This document shows positions 31,860-32,262 of a stretch of 32,262 nt of DNA, piece after piece. The notes beneath the pieces are model-generated. The model made no database searches, had not been told where the DNA came from, and saw only the letters and a program-made list of their open reading frames with translations. The stretch's first letter is position 1. Each line of letters starts with the position of its first letter. Source of the DNA: a virus (Duplodnaviria; Caudoviricetes); IMG/VR virus record IMGVR_UViG_3300043443_000090, positions 1 through 32,262 of that record, one strand, 5' to 3'. Position numbers and translations under genes: made by a program.

Positions 31860-32262
31860 TTATGCCCAGGTCAGTTCGACCGAGTACGAGAAATTGTAAG
31901 ACGCTCCCCACGTCCCGCTGCTATACGACAACGCAAGTTGCAGGTTTCCAGCCGTCACGCTCAAGGTGATTGATGGAGGCGTTGCGGGGTTAACGTCTAC
32001 AACCGGCGTATTCAGTGTTAGGGTCGTTCCAGATATGTAGAAGTCAACAATCTGGATGCGTTGCCCCGATCCGCCGCCAGATCGCCCGCTGATGTACATG
32101 CGGCCAGCGCAAGAGCGGGACGATGATATGGCGGCAAGAACCACGGTTGCAGACGATGTTGCCGTGGTCAGCGTCTGTGATCCGGTAAACACACGGCGTG
32201 GGGCGAGGCTGGACGGGCCACCAAGTGACAGATACGCATCCGCCACGGACAGCGAGTTGTTG
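31860..32262 (-). CDS. C-terminal part of a probable tail fibre/spike (partial)
   Basis: Frame is open to the window edge. Ser/Thr/Gly-rich beta-strand sequence ending just before the lysis cassette. Confidence 0.5.
   Translation of the reverse strand, partial: NNSLSVADAYLSLGGPSSLAPRRVFTGSQTLTTATSSATVVLAAISSSRSCAGRMYISGRSGGGSGQRIQIVDFYISGTTLTLNTPVVDVNPATPPSITLSVTAGNLQLALSYSSGTWGASYNFSYSVELTWA

Noticed and set aside
1-32262. Stop-codon reassignment, inteins/introns, tRNAs, integrase or att sites
   Set aside because: Genes tile densely under the standard code with all three stops in use. Polymerase and helicases are of normal length and uninterrupted. No intergenic space for tRNAs and no recombinase motifs seen.

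Overview
The window is an internal piece of a GC-rich double-stranded DNA phage genome. The ejection and nozzle genes point to a short-tailed, podovirus-like virion, and the two-component spanin points to a Gram-negative host. Two tightly packed gene blocks converge at 10436-10441. The + strand block (1-10441) carries small early or regulatory ORFs, a Lar-like protein, a family A DNA polymerase, a Cas4-like PD-(D/E)XK nuclease, VRR-NUC, an SNF2-type helicase, a probable ssDNA-binding protein, an HTH protein and a primase/DUF927 helicase fusion. The - strand block (32262 to 10436) carries the end of a fibre gene, a lysis cassette, small virion proteins, a nozzle/stabilisation protein, and internal/ejection proteins (a putative acetyltransferase-fold protein, a pilot-like protein, a lytic transglycosylase, a 927-aa protein and a 1958-aa polyvalent protein). 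The most unusual structure is a 4-kb, five-gene Ig-domain/fibre cassette sitting between the 927-aa and 1958-aa genes. The facing ends of those two genes share a CxKGA motif, as if one ~2870-aa protein had been split. Also notable are a 53-aa gene with its own RBS overprinted inside the 927-aa gene, a cluster of beta-clamp-like QLxLF motifs in that protein, and an unlisted 31-aa Cys/Lys-rich ORF that shares a [YFM]xxGGxV motif with another virion protein. All family assignments come from motif recognition by eye; no searches were run.
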